Shown here: positions 60,101 through 64,000 of the stretch, piece after piece
Position numbering within the stretch: position 1 is the first letter of the stretch
How the letters are laid out: every line of letters starts with the position of its first letter
Assembly (NCBI GenBank): GCA_965202585.1
Contig: OZ241831.1
Location: forward strand, 2,852,001-2,916,000
From: Thalia democratica
Lineage: Eukaryota
Reading direction: 5' to 3'
DNA: 64,000 nt
Notes under the pieces: generated by a model
What the model was told of the DNA's origin: nothing
The model's input: only the letters and a program-made list of their open reading frames with translations
The model's database searches: none
Program-made: the position numbers and the translations under genes

Positions 60101-61763
60101 TGATGAAATATTTATTGGTTTTACATATTGGTTAAACTAACTTATTTTAAACATGTTGAAAACAGTAATGTTTTCAAATTTATTCTTCAGGGAGGAACTT
60201 TCACAATAAGTAACCTTGGAATGTATGGAGTGAAACACTTCAGCGCAGTTATAAATCCTCCTCAATCCTGTATTCTTGCCGTCGGAGGAGCAAGGAAAGA
60301 ATTGGTTCCTGATGAAAATGATAAGTTAGTTTGTTATATATTATTTTTTTGTTTGATTAATATGCATAAACTTAGTACTTATGCTTATTGTTAATAATTT
60401 TGCTAAAGTTTAAATACACTTAAGACTAAAAAATACGCCAATCAATTTATTTTATTATAGTATTTTAGCTGCAAAGTTTAAAATTTTGAAAAGCCCAGGC
60501 TGTCTAATCACTAAGGCTGTTTTTAGCCATAAAGACTTATACTCTTAATTAAACATTGTAACTGTTATCTGTTATACTTTGTTAATTATATTTTAAAGCT
60601 AAGGAACTTAGTCAAGCAAAATAATAGTAGTAGACATTAATTGTAGCTTGATTTTTTTTAGTCTTTTCAACATTGTGTTTCTTATATACTTAAATATCAT
60701 GATAAAATATTTGTTTAAGGTTTGTTGCTTTTGAAAACATGATTTTAACTGTAAAAGCACTCAGAACAACAAATTTGTCTCGTGTTTAGTCATTTTATTA
60801 TGTCATTAAAGTTACGTCAAGACGTAGAAATGTCGTAAATTACACAAAAACAGATGTCAAGACTTTTATTTTATGGGTTTCATTTAATGATAGTTTGTTC
60901 ACATTAGTAAACAATTTAAATTTATAGACAAAGTAGTGTTTACAAATGACAAAATAAATTAAATTTATGAAAAAAAAGTTAAAAAGAAAATGATGAAATT
61001 TATTCCTCAATTAATTTAAGTACTTCAAAATAAAAACACACGTTTATTGCAATGTTTCTTTTATTTGTATATTGATAAAGCCTAATAGTTTTTAAAAAGT
61101 GCTTATATGCCAATTAGTTCGAGCACTTATAAACAGAAAATTATATTTATTGCATCACTTCCCTTTATATATATATTGATAAAAGCCAATAGCTCTAAAT
61201 AAAACCCAATTAATTCAAGTACTGTATTGAAAATCAAAGACACACTTATGCAAACAGAATAAGCAATGTGTTGTCAATTACTTGAAATTATTTCCTTGCA
61301 CATGGTTCTAATTAGTACTTTTATATCTGAAGGTTCCACAATAAATGGGTTTATATGTTGTATTGATTAGTTCAGGGATGTAACCTGTTATACTTTTAGT
61401 GTTTCCATATCATATTTAGCAAGCTTACTAGTACTACATGGTTAAAATTGTTTAGTTAGGAAAATATTTAATTTTTCAATCAAATTTTTTAACTACCAAT
61501 TTCTACAAGGTATATTTGAGAGGCTTGTCTATTTGGGTTCTAGCTAATATTTTTAAAACAGGGCTCTACCAAATTGTTAAGATATTACACATATATTTCA
61601 ATAAAAAGGGGTTCTAACTGATAACTTTTCTAGGGTCCGGGTAGCAACCGTGATGTCGGTGACGTTGTCATGCGACCACCGAACAGTAGATGGCGCCGTC
61701 GGGGCGATGTGGTTGAAAGAGTTCAAATATTTGATGCAGAACCCCATCCATATGCTGCTATAG
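42180..61763 (+). CDS. DLAT: Pyruvate dehydrogenase E2 (dihydrolipoamide S-acetyltransferase), 12 exons, about 633 aa
   Basis: Exons 42180-42451, 42915-43129, 43459-43633, 45057-45154, 45428-45544 (or 45550), 45908-46108, 47226-47395, 50046-50166, 50441-50546, 59642-59804, 60191-60324 and 61634-61763 join in frame (1902 nt). Arg/Ser-rich transit peptide, two lipoyl domains ([12 protein letters not shown]), E1/E3-binding domain (ASPFARKLA), [11 protein letters not shown] and catalytic DHRTVDG. Confidence 0.96.
48120..48453. mobile_element. MITE with 11-bp terminal inverted repeats (hAT-like)
   Basis: cagggttgcca ... tggcaaccttg with internal aaaacctgg subrepeats; TSD only partly matches. Confidence 0.6.
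50482..50997 (+). repeat. About 111-bp tandem repeat x5 made of the DLAT exon 9 3' half, donor and intron start
   Basis: Donor GT at 50547, 50657, 50768, 50879 and 50991 (periods 110, 111, 111, 112). Confidence 0.95.
52229..52696 (-). repeat. 3' LTR-like direct repeat
   Basis: 52255-52696 appears identical to 56076-56517 (442 bp, offset 3821); 52229-52254 matches imperfectly. Confidence 0.92.
54107..55939 (-). CDS. Gag-like protein fused to a Y-box-type cold-shock domain, 610 aa
   Basis: Intronless ORF: coiled-coil N-terminus, gypsy-Gag-like helical region ([31 protein letters not shown]), N/Q/R-rich linker, CLSCHQH, CSD at 54566-54817 ([37 protein letters not shown]) and a basic tail. The CSD call is firm; the Gag call is by resemblance. 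Confidence 0.85.
   Translation of the reverse strand: MHTNNNDDINLNNSHQAEMMNDNAEFYQLNSIQQQFRKSSEVKQLTNEEELRILQKQIKKLNNRLKQSRSPHFERAMLEKREHFYDDYESNDTSFDNFSDTFKAQRLIKKFKRLDFVRNPRDIISFFEEEMLNENISSNTEKYKFLTGFWPREELSDYYKMTERGERNYSSLRNFFINRDNQLAEILDKIPIWDDCTNFNKIFATAVSWAKCPEQDRIKFFLAYLMPFSIKDKIREHFDESLEVFKRKGQAIWNAYKENALIPNQVNYNRLQQYEQSQHRSKINYHKRVRPNYQQNFHFRDNGINHNYNYRQHNQDRDSFKPRKSYNGNSSNNVNIAQCLSCHQHLPTKTSNTSKEFQTTKEKAQVTKNTIAFGVTGQVVWFNVRKGYGFIHRDDQNSDIFVHYTAIIKNNPNKFLRSLAQGEKVQFDIVVGKNNMSEAANVTGPNGKTVQGSKYAVDKNSNYNQKLQQNIFNVNHHSRNLQQQKIKASRAYKQAFAFKAKQGKLSKEKHQKQQQKNISYNKKYDSKPKYQVPTVQLKSYKQDSGYYNSSKTKSQTSVSSNILAKEKNNLAVLNSFDKKEIITQNKKESELLIAGLKLLTFIIKPFEDKI
56051..56517 (-). repeat. 5' LTR-like direct repeat
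   Basis: Partner of 52229-52696; carries the perfect hairpin ttattcctaa-g-ttaggaataa at 56061-56081. Confidence 0.92.
59178..59355. repeat. 59-bp minisatellite x3
   Basis: Unit approximately ataaatacaataatattttatcaaaaatagtttggaaattttttatatattataatact. Confidence 0.85.
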
Positions 61764-64000
61764 AAAAAAAAATTGTGATAGCAGTTTGAGTGTTTTCTAC
61801 ATGCAAGTAGTTTTAATATATTGCTTCGAACGCAAAATGTTTTTTGATATTTTAATTTTATAAAGAAATTCTTTCGAATGCAAAATTAGAAGTTTTAGGT
61901 TGTTTAGGATATTGCTTAAATTTTTTAATAATATTTTACATAGGTACTTGCTTTTAAATTGTTTTTATGTTTAAACAAAGTCTTTTATTTATTATTACTT
62001 TTAAAAACTTTAGTTTCAAATGATTATCTTTACATACTTTGATGACCTTTATTCTGCTTTTATGACGTAATAATTGTTAAATACACAAAGAAAAAATCTT
62101 AAGCACTTTTTAGTACTTGAAAAAACACAAGTACTTTTTAAAATTCATTGTTCAAATTTTAAAATAATTCTTTTTAATGTTAAAAACAATTTATGATCAA
62201 AATAAATTTCAACTTTAAATTTTTCACCTATTAATACAAAAATCTTAGCCACTTTTATTGAAAATTTATTTATATACATTTAAAAATAAATTCTGCTACA
62301 AAAAACTTGAATAAATTTACCAAGTATTGGAAGTTATTGATTTATTTATAGACATCCCCACATGTTAGAGACGTTTGCCATATGCTTTCATTTATAAATA
62401 AATATTTACAAATAAAAAGTTTGAGTTCGAAACTTTTCAAAGAAATATTCCAGTAATTGAAGTTATTCAACAGAAGATAAGAAATTAATTTCTCCACTTG
62501 CATTGTTTGTTCGAAGTGATCAAAGTTATTTTAATTCACACGTCATGATTGAGAAATAGTATAAACTCATACTAAGTAAATATGGTATGTAGATTTTCAT
62601 TGTAATATTATTACAATTGCAAAATAATTTCAAGATAAATAATTGATTTTACCGGAAAACACACCTAATATAAACATTTCGAAATAAATAGAAGAAATGT
62701 TCGAATAAACTGACGTTTAGTCATAAGTTTTTAAATTTTATTATTATAAAAACTAGGTTAAAGTTACTTGATTTTTTTAAATTCAGGTCATCCTTTGTTG
62801 GGGAAACTATGATTTCATAAATTGATGTTTTTATACTTTTTTGCTCAATTAATATTTTTTTAAGTTGAGTAAAACTTTTAGAATTTTTTTTTTAATGTTT
62901 GTTTAAAACATTGTATTTTTACTATAAGGTAAAAAAAGTGGTACATTTTTATTGATACTTTTTACAACAAGTTTATAGCAATTTACTACGAATGTATATT
63001 TGCAAAAATCTATAATTTTCACAACATTGCAAATTTCAACTTGAATGTCAAAATATTTTCGGCGACTCTCTACCGCTACTCGTGACTATTATGACGTAGT
63101 AACAACACTCGAAGTCGAGAGGAATTTTTATTTACAATTAGCACACGAGTTTACTATTGAAGATTTGCTAAAGAATTTGACGTAGAAAAAAATTGACCTT
63201 TATTAAACTATGAATCACAATTTCTTTGAATTATAAGCTCTCTCGCCCTAGTTACTAAATTGTTTCAATATATGTTTGTGTGATAGTTAACTTTGCAAGA
63301 TTTTTTAAACTTACTAAGAACATAATAGTGTATTTTAGTTAAATTTTATTATCTCACTACAGTTTTCATACTTATTTTTTTATAATGGTATAGTTACCTT
63401 TAGATAATTTTTTTTTTAATTAAATTTTAATTTGAGAAAATACTATTTCTCAGCAAATTAAAACACTGCAATAGTTTACGTCTACAAAATTTAAATATCA
63501 AAAATTTTTATTATGAAAAACAATATTTAAAGTAAATTACTTAAATAAAGGTATTTAAACCTTAAAACTTGAGATAGTCTGAGAAAGGTAACAGTTTTAT
63601 GATATAAGATGATTTAAGTATTGCTTAATTTTTAATAATATTTGTTTTCACATTTAAGACTGTCAAGTAAATTAATGTTTTAGATATTTTTGCAGTCAAA
63701 GTTTTTTGTGCTTATATAGTGTATTAGAAATTGTTAAGTCACCTAGTATAATTTTAAATAAAACTTACGTTTAAAAAGTAAATTCTAACCAAAACTCCTG
63801 ATTAATGAGTTCTTTATACGAAAATATTTTAGCTGTAATAAGATTAAGTTTGCATAATTTTTTTTTGCCTAATACATAAATTTTTGTTTTATAAGTCAAA
63901 AATATCGATAACGTTGGCTGTATTAGAAATAAAAACATATATAGAATTTTGTATACAAGAGCTTAAAAAAGCTATTAGAACACGGCTAGTTTAACATATA

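Noticed and set aside
63055-63125. Slightly GC/CpG-richer patch near the window end
   Set aside because: No ORF, RNA structure or repeat support; may be the next gene's promoter but cannot be shown here.
1-64000. tRNA, rRNA, CRISPR arrays or prokaryotic defence systems
   Set aside because: None seen; the DNA is spliceosomal-intron-containing animal sequence and the tandem repeats lack unique spacers.

Overview
Very AT-rich, intron-containing animal (probably invertebrate) genomic DNA, not prokaryotic. 1-30.6 kb: tandem array (about 4 kb unit) of seven single-exon-CDS, signal-peptide-less serpins. Copies 4, 5 and 7 are intact, copies 1, 2, 3 and 6 are disrupted, and copy 5 is inverted. Scaffolds are near-identical while reactive-centre loops are hypervariable around an invariant Cys. 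The spacers carry an inverted-repeat element whose core is flipped in one unit, a hAT-like MITE, and a 175-bp perfect palindrome containing a minimal hammerhead ribozyme (Penelope-like pLTR remnant). 31.6-34.2 kb: 5-exon TMEM179-like gene. 39.7-40.8 kb: 2-exon Bcl-2 family gene with a non-canonical BH1. 42.2-61.8 kb: 12-exon DLAT (PDH E2). Its introns contain repeated echoes of exon edges that differ from the exon mostly at synonymous sites. Intron 9 holds, antisense, a 4.3-kb direct-repeat-bounded Gag-only retroelement whose Gag-like ORF is fused to a captured Y-box cold-shock domain. All alignments, translations and family assignments were made by eye and from memory; no database searches were run.
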